Source: an uncultured Acidobacteriota bacterium (GTDB lineage: Bacteria > Acidobacteriota > Thermoanaerobaculia > UBA5066 > DATFVB01). From it: DNA of 64,000 bases. The position numbers and the translations under genes are program-made. The stretch lies in the NCBI GenBank assembly GCA_963714035.1, contig OY970224.1, positions 2,549,831-2,613,830 on the forward strand. The letters run 5' to 3'. This document shows, in pieces, positions 18,901 through 28,801 of this stretch; position 1 is the stretch's first letter; each line of letters starts with the position of its first letter. The notes beneath the pieces were generated by a model. The model was not told the origin of the DNA and ran no database searches. It saw only the letters and a program-made list of their open reading frames with translations.

Positions 18901-19263
18901 CACGGGCTGTCCTACGGCTGCACCGACGGCACGCAGTTCGGCTCGACGTTCTGTCCGTCCACGACGATGACCCGTCGAACCATGGCGGTCATGATCGCCC
19001 GCGATCTGGCCGGCGGCGACTCCTCCGTGCCCTCAAAGCTCGCCGATCCCGGCAACGGCCGCGGCTACGACTGCACCGACGGCGGCGCCAACGCATTCTC
19101 CGACGTTCCCGATTCCGACGCCGCCTGCAAATACATCTATTTCATCTGGTCCAAGAACGTCGTGGACGGGTACGCCAACGGACAGTACGGACCGGAGAAC
19201 TCCGTCGAGCGCGGCGAGATGGCGAAATACCTCACGAACGCCTACAACCTCACGCTTCAGTAG
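15994..19263 (+). CDS. Large secreted PQQ-dependent sugar (glucose/sorbosone) dehydrogenase-like beta-propeller protein with PKD domain and three C-terminal SLH domains
   Basis: GGAGGGAG RBS then GTG. Signal peptide. SGDH-like motifs (IRPTVVRFSPDGRIFVAEKSG). PKD-like segment (TYAWDLTGDG). Three SLH-like repeats (F.D....W..). Confidence 0.65.
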   Translation: MLFRSRYRILAGLAFSLAAAFPRPLAAQSETLPPGFHDSIVISGLIRPTVVRFSPDGRIFVAEKSGIVKVFPSLTATTPTIFADLTTNVDNYWDRGLLGMALDPAFPSNPYVYVLYAYDAPIGGTAPVWNDGCPTPPGPNTDGCVISGRLSRLTANGNVMTGAENVLINAWGQQFPSHSLGALQFGADGALYASDGDGASMGTVDYGQFGGNPLGDPPGGVGGTMQPPWAEGGALRAQSLRRQPGEPAVLNGTVVRVDPSTGNGLPDNPLASSSDPNARRIVAEGLRQPFRFTFQPNTNKLWIGDVGNEVWEEIDVAPSPTSEVRNFGWPCYEGPDQEPDWVSAQVNICMNDLYKNPSVVTAPFLGYRHSDSVVSGDGCATGGSSITGMAFYNGGSYPSQYDGALFFADHTRNCAWVLFPDASGQPNASNRALFIGAASYPVDLEIGPGGDLFYVDHEGGAIHRIQYMTPAALATATPQSGAPPLSVQFDGSGSHGASPGDTLTYAWDLTGDGLFNDSTAVSPAKTFSVAGQYTVRLKVTDEHGVSGVSDPLTVTVSQGAPSPVIDAPASSLTWKVGDPISFSGHATDPQDGALPASALTWTLIMHHCPSNCHTHEIQTFAGVSSGSFSAPDHGYPSFLELQLTATDSLGLTGTTSVLLQPKTVVLKFAASPSGLLLDAGNGKIATPFSETVIVGSTNTISAASPESLNGSAYWFDGWSDSGAQTHSIVAGAGSVTYTATYISQGDVMAPQSAMVEGRSPYPPSTTEPNGVAESGETVPFAPSWKNTSDGTVAGTTGTITSFTGPAGGGAAYTVVEGNASYGDIAAGATASATGYQLKVTANARPADHWDATVSEALDTSEAHDWTLHIGRSFSDVPPANTFYSDIETILHHGVTVGYGNRVFGPLDTTPRDQMSAFISRAHTGGDQNVPVSGSVPGLGTYNCKSGGHSLFSDVAPTAEFCKNIHWIVAHGLSYGCTDGTQFGSTFCPSTTMTRRTMAVMIARDLAGGDSSVPSKLADPGNGRGYDCTDGGANAFSDVPDSDAACKYIYFIWSKNVVDGYANGQYGPENSVERGEMAKYLTNAYNLTLQ

Positions 19264-19386
19264 ACGCCCGGCGCGAACGCCCGTCGTTGCAGAGGGTTGA
19301 ACGCGGGCACGTGTCTTGCTCTTCCTCCCTTTCGGAGGTGGCGAGTGAACAGACTCGGCACACCTCAAGCAAAGGGGATGATGAAA

Positions 19387-21333
19387 GGACTTTCGCTCAC
19401 TGCCCGCCCGACGTGTCGAGTTCGAGGGATCTCGGCGGCGTGGATCGTGTGCGCGGCTCTCGCGGCGCCGGCGGCGGCGGCCGTCGGCAAGTGGTCGAGC
19501 CTCGGGCCGGAAGGCGGACTCGTCAGCGCGCTGCTGCCGGATCCCGCCTCGCCGTCGGTCGTGTGGGAAGGGACGTACGGCGGCGGCCTCTTCGTCAGCC
19601 GCGACTCGGGCTCGAGCTGGTCGCGGATTCCGACCGGAGGCGCGGGAGCGGTCGTCAACGGCCTGGCCGCCGGCGCCCCGGGCCTCTTCGCCGCGACCGA
19701 CGACGGGATCCTTCTCTCGGTCGACGGAGGAAAATCGTGGGCGCTCGCCAATTCGGGCCTTCCCGAGGCGACCGTGTATTCGGTCGCCGTGGACGCGGGA
19801 GGAATCGCGTACGCGGGCACCCAATCGAGCGGCGTCTTCCGGTCGGCCGATGGCGGACGGTCCTGGTCGGCGACCGCCGCGCCGGCGGCGCAGGCGGTCT
19901 ATGCGCTCGCGACCGACCCGGCCCACGCGGGGCGGATCTGGGCGGGCACCGCGGGCGCCGGCGTGTTCGGCAGCGCGGACGGCGGTGCGAGCTGGACGGC
20001 GGCCGCCGGGCCGATCGCGTCGGCCTTCGTCCTGGGCCTGGAAATCGATCGGTCGAATCCTTCGACCCTGTGGGCAGCGACATTCGGAGAGGGCGTCTGG
20101 AAGAGCGACGACGGTGGTACGACATGGACGCCCTCCGCTTCTCCTTTTTCTTCGGCGAGCGTCTACGCGGTCGCCGCGGATGCAGGCGCGCCGGGAACGG
20201 TCTGGGCCGGTACGCTCGACGGAGGCGTCTGGCGGAGCGACGACGGCGGGACGAACTGGCGGGCCGCCGCGCCCGCGACGTCGCGTGCCACGGTCTTCGC
20301 TCTCGGGACTGATCCCCGGTCTCCGGGAACGCTCTGGGCGGGAACGAACCTCGGCACGTTTCGAAGCGCCGACGGCGGCGCGACGTGGACGGCCGGCAAC
20401 CGCGGAATGAACGGCACCGTCGTCAACGCGATCACGGCGACCCCGGGGGCCGTGTACGCGGCGACCGGAGGAAGCGGGATCCTGCGCAGCGAAGACGGCG
20501 GCGCCACCTGGCAGCCCGTGGAGATCGGCGCGTTGACCGTATTCGCGCTGTCTCGCGCCGGTGTGGCGATGTACGCGGGCACCGATCAGGGGCTCTGGAC
20601 GTCTTCCGACGGGGTGTCCTGGAGCGCTTCCGCGGGAATTCCCGGAACGAACAACGTGTATTCGGTCGCCGTCGATCCGGCCAATCCGGCCGTCGTGTAC
20701 GCGGGGACCTACCTCGGCGGACTGATGCGGAGCGTCGACGCCGGCGCGAGCTGGTCGGCGGTGACGCTCGGTTCGGCAAACGAGACCGTGTTTTCGATCG
20801 CGATCGCTCCGGGCGGCGGATTCCTCTACGCGGGCACGGGCCATGGACTGTTTCGCAGCATGGATCACGGCGTCAGCTGGACGGCCATTCAAAACGGCTT
20901 CACCGGCTCCGTCTTCTCGATCGCGCTGGACCCGAGCGATCCGTCGCGAGTCTTCGCGGCCGTGGACGGCGGCGGGGTCTGGGCGAGCATCGACGGCGGC
21001 CAGACCTGGCGCTCGTCGGGCGCGGGAATGCCCGGCAGCGTCTACAGCCTCGCTTTCGATCCTTCCGGGGAAGCGCTCTACGCGGGGACGGCGGGCGGCG
21101 GCGTCTTCCGGAGCTCGAACGGCGGTTCGAGCTGGACGGCCGTCAACGCGGGCCTCACCAACCCCACCGTCTTCTCGCTCGCCTTCGACCCCGCGGCGCC
21201 GTCGATCCTCTACGCGGGGACGTACGGCGGCGGAGTCTTCGGATACGAGCCCGCGGCGGCGGCGCCGCCGCCCCGCCGCTCCGTCGCGCCGGCGGTTCGT
21301 CCCCTCGCCTCCGAGATTTCCGGCCGGCGTTAG
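19387..21333 (+). CDS. Secreted BNR/Asp-box repeat protein (sortilin/VPS10-like or photosystem-II-stability-factor-like beta-propeller)
   Basis: AAAGGGG RBS, MMKGLS start, signal peptide. More than 12 repeats of S.DGG.SW. Confidence 0.65.
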   Translation, partial: GLSLTARPTCRVRGISAAWIVCAALAAPAAAAVGKWSSLGPEGGLVSALLPDPASPSVVWEGTYGGGLFVSRDSGSSWSRIPTGGAGAVVNGLAAGAPGLFAATDDGILLSVDGGKSWALANSGLPEATVYSVAVDAGGIAYAGTQSSGVFRSADGGRSWSATAAPAAQAVYALATDPAHAGRIWAGTAGAGVFGSADGGASWTAAAGPIASAFVLGLEIDRSNPSTLWAATFGEGVWKSDDGGTTWTPSASPFSSASVYAVAADAGAPGTVWAGTLDGGVWRSDDGGTNWRAAAPATSRATVFALGTDPRSPGTLWAGTNLGTFRSADGGATWTAGNRGMNGTVVNAITATPGAVYAATGGSGILRSEDGGATWQPVEIGALTVFALSRAGVAMYAGTDQGLWTSSDGVSWSASAGIPGTNNVYSVAVDPANPAVVYAGTYLGGLMRSVDAGASWSAVTLGSANETVFSIAIAPGGGFLYAGTGHGLFRSMDHGVSWTAIQNGFTGSVFSIALDPSDPSRVFAAVDGGGVWASIDGGQTWRSSGAGMPGSVYSLAFDPSGEALYAGTAGGGVFRSSNGGSSWTAVNAGLTNPTVFSLAFDPAAPSILYAGTYGGGVFGYEPAAAAPPPRRSVAPAVRPLASEISGRR

Positions 21334-21578
21334 TGTCCCGTCCCGAAAATAACTCCGGCGTCGCGCCCGCGCTTGCGGACGAGGTTAAGGCGCCGCGCAA
21401 CGCCGAGATCGTTCGCAATGCGCTGGCGCCAGGGGGTTCGGGCGGCGCAGGGCAATCGGCGGTGTTGCCGCGGCTAGACGATGGAAAGCCATCGCCTTCG
21501 CCGCGTCGCCTGGCCGCTTACCCCGCGGCGCTCCGAACGACGCGAAAGCTATTTCCGGGACGGGACACTAGCGCCGGT

Positions 21579-22076
21579 TCAGCGGCGCGCGGCGTCGGCC
21601 GCGAGCGCCCGGATCTCGGGCGCCTCGAGCGAATACCTCAGCCATTCCCGATGCTGGCGGGCGCCGAGCCGGTGATAGAAATCGAGCGCCCGCTCGTTCC
21701 AGTCGAGGACCGCCCATTCCATCCGGCCGCAGCCGCGGCTCTCGGCGACGCGCGCGAGCTCGGCCATGAGAGCCCGTCCGACGCCGTCGCCCCGCGCGGC
21801 GTTCGAAACGACGATGTCTTCGAGGTAGAGGCCGGGCCGCGCACGGAACGACGTCGGGAAGAAGAAATAGATCGCGATTCCCACGATCGCGCCGTCGCGC
21901 TCGGCGACGAGCGCATGGAACCGCTCCTCGTCGAAGATCCAGGAGAGGAGGCGCGCTCCCTCCGTTTCCGACGGCCCCTCGAGGCGTTCGAAGTCGGCGA
22001 GCTCGCGTTCGAGCGTCAGGATCGCCGCCCCGTCCGCGCGGTGCGCTTCCCGAACGGAGACGGCCGGCCGAACCAT
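21579..22076 (-). CDS. GNAT family N-acetyltransferase
   Basis: Acetyl-CoA binding motif region (ARGDGVGRALM) and typical GNAT size. Confidence 0.75.
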   Translation of the reverse strand: MVRPAVSVREAHRADGAAILTLERELADFERLEGPSETEGARLLSWIFDEERFHALVAERDGAIVGIAIYFFFPTSFRARPGLYLEDIVVSNAARGDGVGRALMAELARVAESRGCGRMEWAVLDWNERALDFYHRLGARQHREWLRYSLEAPEIRALAADAARR

Positions 22077-22153
22077 GTCTCGATGCTATCGCAGCCAAAA
22101 AAAAGCGGCGGGGAAAACCCCCGCCGCCTGGGACCGGATCCGGGAAGGAGTCC

Positions 22154-22597
22154 TTACTTGATTCCGAGGAGCTCGACGTCGAAGACGAGCGTCGCGTTCG
22201 GGGGGATGACGCCGCCCGCTCCCCGCGAGCCGTAGGCGAGCTCCGGCGGAATCGTGAGCTTGCGCTTCCCGCCGACTTTCATCGTCGCGACACCTTCGTC
22301 CCAGCCCTTGATGACGTGCCCTTCGCCGAGGGCGAACTCGAAAGGCTTGCCGCGATCGACGGAGGAGTCGAACTTCTTTCCGTTCGTGAGCCAGCCGGTG
22401 TAGTGGACGACGACGGTCTGCCCGGTCTTCGGTTCGGCGCCGTCGCCGACCTTGAGGTCTTCGTACTGCAGTCCGTCGTGCAAACGCACCACCTTTCCTT
22501 CATCGCCCGATTTCGCGGGTTTGTCGTCGGCCCGAACCGGACCGGCGCAAAGCGCCGCCGCTCCCAGGACCGCCGCGCTCCAGAGGAATTTTTTCAT
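22154..22597 (-). CDS. FKBP-type peptidyl-prolyl cis-trans isomerase (secreted)
   Basis: Signal peptide followed by an FKBP domain ([16 protein letters not shown]...[15 protein letters not shown]...LVFDVELL). Confidence 0.85.
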   Translation of the reverse strand: MKKFLWSAAVLGAAALCAGPVRADDKPAKSGDEGKVVRLHDGLQYEDLKVGDGAEPKTGQTVVVHYTGWLTNGKKFDSSVDRGKPFEFALGEGHVIKGWDEGVATMKVGGKRKLTIPPELAYGSRGAGGVIPPNATLVFDVELLGIK

Positions 22598-22622
22598 CGT
22601 TCTTCCTTTTCGTCGGACCCGA

Positions 22623-23702
22623 TCAGAGGACGTTGCCGGTCATCGGCACGTCGATCTCCGGGCGATCCTTGTCGGAGGTGTAGATCTTCAGCATTCCCGA
22701 GAACTCGCCCTTCTTCAGGTCGTTCTTCGGCTTGAGCACGATCGTGTAGTTGACGCCCTCGGTCATCGGGACGAGCTCGGCCGACATGCCGGAGACGGTG
22801 CTTTCGACCTTCTGGACGCGGACGGCCTGGGCCGGCTTGTTGTTCGTGAAGATCACGTTGCGCGAGATGACGTCCTTCCCCGGAGTGAAATTGCCGAACA
22901 CGATCGACGCGGGCGTGACGCTGATCCGGTCGCGGACGATTCCGGAGACGCGGATGTCCATGTCGGGCTGCTTCGCGACACCGGTCTTGACGTGGATCGG
23001 GGCGTTCAGCACCCCGACCGGCGCGTTGGCCTGGAGCGTGACGTGGAGCTTGTACTGGGCGCCCGTCTTCCCCTCGATCTTCTCCTTGTCGGCCGCCGGC
23101 GAGATCTGCGCCTGGACGTACGGCTGAGACGATTCGCCGACCGTCGGGTGGAAGTCCGGCTCGGCCGAGAAGAGGATCAGGTCCTGGGTCGCCGTGTCTC
23201 CCTTGATCGCCGAGAACCGGACGAACTCCTGCGGGGCGACCTCGACGTACGGCTTGACGATCGCCTTGATCGTCAGCGCGAGCTGGGGGTTCTCGGGATC
23301 GTTCGAGACGACCGAGACGGTCTTCGTGATCGGGCCCGAGAAATTCTTCGTGTCGACCGCCGCCGTGATCTTTCCGGTCTGGCCCGGCTTGATCGTGCGG
23401 TCGAACGACGCGACGGTGCATCCGCACGAAGGGCGCGCGTCCGAGATGACGAGGTCCTGCGTGCCGGAATTCTTCACGATGAAGACCGCCTCGACGTGGT
23501 CTCCCTTGGCGACGGTGCCGGCGTCCTTCATCATGGGATCGATCGAGATCTTCGGGGTGCCGACCTTCTCGTCGGCCCTGGCGGGAGTCGTGGCGGCGGG
23601 CTTCTTCGTGTCCGGGGCCGCGGCCCGAACGGTCGAAGATCCGAGGGCGACCGCCCCGGCCACGATCACCGGAACGGCCGCGCGGGTCAGAAATCGGCGC
23701 AT
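22623..23702 (-). CDS. DUF1573 domain-containing secreted protein
   Basis: Signal peptide. SCGCT motif characteristic of DUF1573. Ig-like repeats. Confidence 0.6.
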   Translation of the reverse strand: MRRFLTRAAVPVIVAGAVALGSSTVRAAAPDTKKPAATTPARADEKVGTPKISIDPMMKDAGTVAKGDHVEAVFIVKNSGTQDLVISDARPSCGCTVASFDRTIKPGQTGKITAAVDTKNFSGPITKTVSVVSNDPENPQLALTIKAIVKPYVEVAPQEFVRFSAIKGDTATQDLILFSAEPDFHPTVGESSQPYVQAQISPAADKEKIEGKTGAQYKLHVTLQANAPVGVLNAPIHVKTGVAKQPDMDIRVSGIVRDRISVTPASIVFGNFTPGKDVISRNVIFTNNKPAQAVRVQKVESTVSGMSAELVPMTEGVNYTIVLKPKNDLKKGEFSGMLKIYTSDKDRPEIDVPMTGNVL

Positions 23703-23818
23703 GGTTCTTCCTTTCTCCTCAAATGGTCAAACAAACGGAGAAAACTAGCATTCGGGACGGCTTTATTTCAAGTTTCTGCGGCGGGGGCGCGTTCGCGAAT
23801 ACCCGGCCGTGAGGCAGA

Positions 23819-25234
23819 ATGGCGAACGTGGGCGGGGAAAAGCTTTATTTCATCGCGGTCGGGGGCACCGCCATGGCGCCGCTCGCCGTCCTCCTTTCGG
23901 GCCGCGGTTACCGCGTGAGCGGGTCCGATACGGCGCTCTATCCGCCGATGTCCGATCTCGTCGCGCGGGCGCGGATTCCCGTCCTTCCGGGGTTCCGGGC
24001 CGAAAACGTGCCGGCCGACGCCGACGCCGTCGTCGTCGGCAACGCCGTCCCGCGCACGAACCCGGAGGTCGTCCGCATGATGGAGCTCGGGCTTCCGTAC
24101 GTCTCTCTTCCGCAGGCGATCCGGCGCTGGCTGCTCCCCGGACGGCATTCGGTCGTCGTGACCGGGACGCACGGAAAGACGACGACCTCGGCGCTCCTCG
24201 CGTGGCTCCTGACGGACGCGGGGCGCGATCCCGGGTTCCTCATCGGCGGCGAGCTCAAGAACTTCGGCGCGGGATTCCGGGACGGCGCGGGCACGCACTT
24301 TCTTCTCGAAGGAGACGAGTACAACGCGGCGTTCTTCGACCGCGGGCCGAAATTCCTCCACTACGAGCCGAGAACGCTCCTCGTCAACAACGTCGAGTTC
24401 GACCACGCCGATCTGTACCCGGACGTGGCGGCCGTCGAGGACGCTTTTCACCGCGTCATCGAGGTCGTGCCTCCGGACGGCGTCTGCGTCGCCAACGGGG
24501 ACGATCCCCGGGTGCGCCGCCTCGCGGGCGCCTCGCGGGCGCCGGTCGTCTTCGTCTCCCTCGAAGCGGACGCGGACTTCGCGGTCGCCGACGTTTCCGT
24601 CGACGGCGCCGGGACGACGTTCACCGTGGCCGAACGTTCCGGTGAAAAGACCGGGCTCCGGTCGCCCCTTTTCGGGCGACACAACGTGAGGAACGCGGCA
24701 ATCGCCTTCGCCGCGGCGCGGCGGCTGGGGCTCTCGGCCCGCGAGATCGCCGCGTCCCTTCCCCGGTTTGCCGGGGTGAAGCGGCGTCTCGAGGTGATCG
24801 GCACCCGGGCGGGCGTCCTCTACGTCGACGATTTCGCGCATCATCCGACGGCCGTCTTCGAAACGCTCTCCGCCGCGCGGCAGCGGTGGCCGGGCCGGCG
24901 GGTCTGGGGTCTCTTCGAGCCCCGTTCGATCACCGCGGGACGAAAATTCTTCGAGAAGGAGTACGAGCGCGCCCTCGCGGCCGCCGACTGCGTCGTGCTC
25001 GCGCCCGTCTTCCACGCCGGGCGGTTCGCCCCGGACCAGCTCATCGACCGCGAGGCGGTGCGGCGGACCCTCGTCGCCCAGGGCCGGAAGGTCTTCCTCC
25101 CGGACCGGGTGGAGGAGATCGAGCCGCTCCTGGATCGCGAGGCGCGGCCCGAGGACGTCGTTCTCCTGATGTCTTCGGGAGATCTCGCGGGTCTTCGCCA
25201 GCGCGTCGCCGACGATACGGGGCCTGCCACCTGA
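23819..25234 (+). CDS. mpl: UDP-N-acetylmuramate:L-alanyl-gamma-D-glutamyl-meso-DAP ligase (Mpl, Mur ligase family)
   Basis: Mur-ligase P-loop TGTHGKTTT. MurC/Mpl-like N-terminus (YFIAVGGTAM). 471 aa. Confidence 0.75.
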   Translation: MANVGGEKLYFIAVGGTAMAPLAVLLSGRGYRVSGSDTALYPPMSDLVARARIPVLPGFRAENVPADADAVVVGNAVPRTNPEVVRMMELGLPYVSLPQAIRRWLLPGRHSVVVTGTHGKTTTSALLAWLLTDAGRDPGFLIGGELKNFGAGFRDGAGTHFLLEGDEYNAAFFDRGPKFLHYEPRTLLVNNVEFDHADLYPDVAAVEDAFHRVIEVVPPDGVCVANGDDPRVRRLAGASRAPVVFVSLEADADFAVADVSVDGAGTTFTVAERSGEKTGLRSPLFGRHNVRNAAIAFAAARRLGLSAREIAASLPRFAGVKRRLEVIGTRAGVLYVDDFAHHPTAVFETLSAARQRWPGRRVWGLFEPRSITAGRKFFEKEYERALAAADCVVLAPVFHAGRFAPDQLIDREAVRRTLVAQGRKVFLPDRVEEIEPLLDREARPEDVVLLMSSGDLAGLRQRVADDTGPAT

Positions 25235-25396
25235 CGAAATCGTGCACCCCTCCCGGGAATAGAAAACGACATGTTTGAGGGGAAAGGATTTCGGCTGGCA
25301 CCGTTCTGGCATACCTCTTTCAATCTCCTGTCCGGTGTGAGGTTGTGGCCCCCGCCTCGAATGAAAAAGAGGGTCCGTGTATTTAGGAGGTGTTCG

Positions 25397-25837
25397 TTGA
25401 AGAAGAATTGGATGGCTCTCTCGGCCGCGGCGATCTTTGCGTTCGCGTACTCGGCGGCCGCGCAGACGTCGGACTCGACGGCGACCGGCGACAAGACGAT
25501 GGCCCAGACGACCGAGACCAAGCACACGGGTCCCGGGCCCAACACGAAGAGCAAGGGCAAGACCGTCATCGGGACGGTGAAGACCCTCGACGCCGGCAAG
25601 AAGATCGTTGTCACCGGCCCCAAGGACAAGGACTACAGCTTCGCCCTCGACGACAAGGACATGACCGCCACCGTCGATCCGGCCGTCGCGGTCGGCAACA
25701 AGGTCAAGGTCCACGAGTCGACGGACGACTCGGGCAAGAAGATGGTGACGGTGTCGCCTTACACCGCGAGCTCCACGATGCATCACCACAAGAAGGGCAC
25801 CAAGACGACCGAGCCGGCTCCCAGCACCAGCAAGTAA
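25397..25837 (+). CDS. Small secreted Lys/Thr-rich hypothetical protein
   Basis: AGGAGG RBS, TTG start, signal peptide MKKNWMALSAAAIFAFAYSAAAQ. It is followed by an intrinsic terminator. Confidence 0.55.
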   Translation: MKKNWMALSAAAIFAFAYSAAAQTSDSTATGDKTMAQTTETKHTGPGPNTKSKGKTVIGTVKTLDAGKKIVVTGPKDKDYSFALDDKDMTATVDPAVAVGNKVKVHESTDDSGKKMVTVSPYTASSTMHHHKKGTKTTEPAPSTSK

Positions 25838-25865
25838 GAACGCCGAGTCCCGGACGAATCCGAAC

Positions 25866-25891
25866 AGCGCCCCTTCGGGGGCGCTTTTTTT
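25866..25891 (+). terminator. Rho-independent terminator (AGCGCCCCTTCGGGGGCGCT + T7)
   Basis: GC hairpin with TTCG loop followed by a T-tract. Confidence 0.75.
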
Positions 25892-25899
25892 GGGTCCCA

Positions 25900-26235
25900 C
25901 CCCCGGAGCTTCGACCGAGATCCCTCCCGCCTTCGCCGAGGCTTCGGCGCGGCAGGCCGTCGCTTCCGCCTTCGCTCTCCGAGCTACGGCGGACGAGTCG
26001 CTCCTCGGGATGACCTGCTTCTGAGGTCTGCGATGTGGGAGGCTGCGTGGTTCCAGCGGAGCGCGCCACGCGGCCAGGGTATTTCCGGGCCCCGGTCGGG
26101 CCCCGGAGCGGTCGAGGGCTCAGCCCGAGCCGCGGAGGCACCGCGCGATTAGTCTCCGCGAAGTAACCGAGCGGAGGAGGATTGCGCGGTGGGAGGCCGC
26201 AGCGTTCCAGCTGCGAAGCAGCGCGCGCGAGGCCG
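25900..26235. repeat. Mosaic of dispersed repeat families A (..GCCTTCGCCGAGGCTTCGGCGCGGCAGGC..CTCCTCGGGATGAC) and B (GGAGCGGTCGAGGGCTCAGCCCGAGCCGCGGAGG..)
   Basis: Near-identical segments recur at 29455-29625, 33300-33790, 37540-37960 and 46905-47000. Confidence 0.6.
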
Positions 26236-26239
26236 ACGG

Positions 26240-27379
26240 TTACTGGAAAGGCTTTGCCACCGCCTCCGGCGACGCCATCCCCACGTTCCCGCTCTTATCG
26301 ACCGGTCGAACCGTGTACCGGTAGGTTCGGCCGGGGGAGACGGTTTCGTCGTCGAATTCGGTCCGGTCGGCCGGCGTCTTCCCGAGGAGAACGGGCGCCG
26401 CGTCTCCCTCGCTCCGGAAGATCCGGTACTCGGCGAGATCGGCCGCTTCGACCGCCGTCCAGGAAAGCCGGACGCGGGTTTCCTCGGGGAGAGCGTCCAC
26501 GCGCTCGACCGCGGGAGGGGGGAAGACGTCGCGGTATTCGACTCCGAACTGGATCGCGGGCGGCCCTTCCGCTTTCGCCCGATCTTTCGCGATCGCCGTG
26601 ACGGTGTACACGTACGTCGAGCCGTAAGCGGCGCTCGTGTCGGCGAAATCGGCGGAGGCGACGGGATCGGCGGTCAGGGGGGCGCCGTAGTCGGGGTCGG
26701 AAAGCAGCCGCCGGTAGACCCGGTATCCCGCGATCTCGACCGCGGCGCCCGAGAGGTCCTTCTCGGGAGCGCGCCACTCGAGGCAGATCCGGTCCGGCTC
26801 CGCGTCGGCCAGGAGGTCCTCGGGCGCCAGCGGAGGAACGGCCGGCGTGAGTGTCGCGATGTTCGAGACCTCGCTTCGCTCGCCGTTTCGCCGGACGGTC
26901 ACGACGGCCCAGGCGAGCGGCGGCGGATGGGGGAGCGAAAGGAACGGGCGGAGATCGTCCCGCCACACCATGCGGCTTCCGCGGGTCGCGGCGGAGAAGA
27001 GATCCGAGGGGATCGTCGCGACGCGCCGCGACGCCGCGACGATCTGTTCTTCCCGCCGCCGCTCCGCTTCGGCCTTCCGCCGCTCGCCCGAGATCGGCGC
27101 CCGGTCCGAACGGGCCCCGGTCGTGACCGTCTCCGCCGTGAGCGCGGGCGAGGGACTCTCCATCCGATAGACGTCGATCTCGACCAGGTCGCGGAGGGGA
27201 GCGCCGTCGACGCGCGTCGAGGGAAACGCGAAGGAAAGCTCGGCGGATTCCCCCTGCTGCTCGACCGCAAGATCGCGGGTCCGCGCGGGGCGCGTCGGGA
27301 GCGGAGGCAACGGGTCGCCCTTCTTGCCGCACGCGGCCGCGGCGAGGGCGAAGAGAAGGACTCCCGCGCGGCGTTTCAC
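26240..27379 (-). CDS. Lipoprotein with fibronectin type III-like domains
   Basis: GTG start giving MKRRAGVLLFALAAAACGK (lipobox LAAAAC). FN3-like repeats. It lies immediately downstream of hslU. Confidence 0.55.
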   Translation of the reverse strand: MKRRAGVLLFALAAAACGKKGDPLPPLPTRPARTRDLAVEQQGESAELSFAFPSTRVDGAPLRDLVEIDVYRMESPSPALTAETVTTGARSDRAPISGERRKAEAERRREEQIVAASRRVATIPSDLFSAATRGSRMVWRDDLRPFLSLPHPPPLAWAVVTVRRNGERSEVSNIATLTPAVPPLAPEDLLADAEPDRICLEWRAPEKDLSGAAVEIAGYRVYRRLLSDPDYGAPLTADPVASADFADTSAAYGSTYVYTVTAIAKDRAKAEGPPAIQFGVEYRDVFPPPAVERVDALPEETRVRLSWTAVEAADLAEYRIFRSEGDAAPVLLGKTPADRTEFDDETVSPGRTYRYTVRPVDKSGNVGMASPEAVAKPFQ

Positions 27380-27389
27380 GGGTCGCGGT

Positions 27390-28781
27390 TCACAGCACGT
27401 AGCGGGAGAGGTCTTCGTTCTTCGCGAGATCGGCGACACGCGCCCGGACGGTCGCGGCGTCGATCGAAAGCGTCTTCCCCGAGAGCTCGGGCCCGTCGAA
27501 CGAGATGTCCTCGAGCAGCCGCTCGAGGATCGTGTGGAGGCGGCGGGCGCCGATGTTCTCGAGCTGGCGGTTGACGCGCTCGGCCCACTTCGCGATCTCC
27601 GCGACCGCCTCCGGGGCGAACTCGAGGACGACGCCCTCGGCCGAAAGGAGCGCCCGGTACTGCTTCGTGAGCGCGTTCTCCGGCTCCGTGAGGATCCGCA
27701 CGAAATCCTCCTCGGAGAGGGAGTCGAGCTCGACCCGCACCGGGAAACGTCCCTGGAGCTCGGGAATGAGGTCCGCCGGCTTCGAGACGTGGAACGCGCC
27801 GGCGGCGATGAACAGGACGTGATCGGTCCTGACCGTTCCATGCTTCGTGTGGACCGGGGTCCCTTCGACGATCGGAAGGAGGTCGCGCTGGACGCCTTCC
27901 CGCGAAACGTCGGGACCGCCGCGGTTTCCCTCCCGGCCCGCGACCTTGTCGATCTCGTCGAGAAAGACGATGCCGGAAGACTCCGCGCGGGCGACGGCCT
28001 CGCGCGCGAGCTGCTGGGGATCGATCAGCCGCGACTCCTCCTCCGTGCGAAGGATCTCCCGCGCTTCGGAGATCGGCACGGATCGGTTCTTCTTCTTTCC
28101 GCCGAAGATGTTCGGGAGCATGTCCTTCAACGACACGTCCATCTCCTCGGCGCCCTGATTCGTCATGATCTGAAACGAGGGGAAGGCCTGCTCCGTCACC
28201 TCGACCTCGACCGTCCGGTCGTCGAGCTTTCCGTCGCGGAGCAGCGTTCGGAGCTTCGCGCGCGTTTCCGCCGCCTCTTCCGGGGCGACCTTCGGGAGGA
28301 GGAGATCGAGCAGCCGCTCTTCCGTTCGCTCCTCCGCCTGGGCGGCGATCTCGCGCGTCTTTTCCTCGCGGACGAGCCCGACCGCGGCTTCCGTCAGGTC
28401 CCGCACGATCGATTCCACGTCGCGGCCGACGTAGCCGACCTCCGTGAACTTCGACGCTTCGACCTTCAGAAACGGCGCGCGCGCCAGGCGCGCGAGGCGT
28501 CGGGCGATCTCGGTCTTTCCGACGCCGGTCGGACCGATCATCAGGATGTTCTTCGGCAGGATTTCCCGCGCGACTTCCGGAGGCAGCTGCAGACGTCTCC
28601 AGCGGTTCCGCAGGGCGACCGCGACGGCGCGCTTGGCTTTGTTCTGCCCGATGATGAACTTGTCGAGCTCGGCCACGATCTGGCGCGGCGTGAGATCGTC
28701 TCCCGCGACCCGGGCGGGGGCGCCCGCCGCCGGCGCGGCCGATCGCTCCTCCGAGACGTCGCCCGGCATCAGGAAGACCAT
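27390..28781 (-). CDS. hslU: ATP-dependent protease ATPase subunit HslU
   Basis: AAA+ Walker A GPTGVGKT. HslU intermediate domain. C-terminal ...DLSRYVL. Start is uncertain (ATG 28781 or 28769). Confidence 0.85.
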   Translation of the reverse strand: MVFLMPGDVSEERSAAPAAGAPARVAGDDLTPRQIVAELDKFIIGQNKAKRAVAVALRNRWRRLQLPPEVAREILPKNILMIGPTGVGKTEIARRLARLARAPFLKVEASKFTEVGYVGRDVESIVRDLTEAAVGLVREEKTREIAAQAEERTEERLLDLLLPKVAPEEAAETRAKLRTLLRDGKLDDRTVEVEVTEQAFPSFQIMTNQGAEEMDVSLKDMLPNIFGGKKKNRSVPISEAREILRTEEESRLIDPQQLAREAVARAESSGIVFLDEIDKVAGREGNRGGPDVSREGVQRDLLPIVEGTPVHTKHGTVRTDHVLFIAAGAFHVSKPADLIPELQGRFPVRVELDSLSEEDFVRILTEPENALTKQYRALLSAEGVVLEFAPEAVAEIAKWAERVNRQLENIGARRLHTILERLLEDISFDGPELSGKTLSIDAATVRARVADLAKNEDLSRYVL

Positions 28782-28801
28782 CAGCCCGCACCGTTCACGG
28801 G

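Noticed and set aside
26240-27841. N-terminal 150-aa extension of the FN3 lipoprotein ORF
   Set aside because: The lipobox and signal peptide begin at the internal GTG (27379). The extension is Ser/Arg low complexity and overlaps the hslU 3' end.
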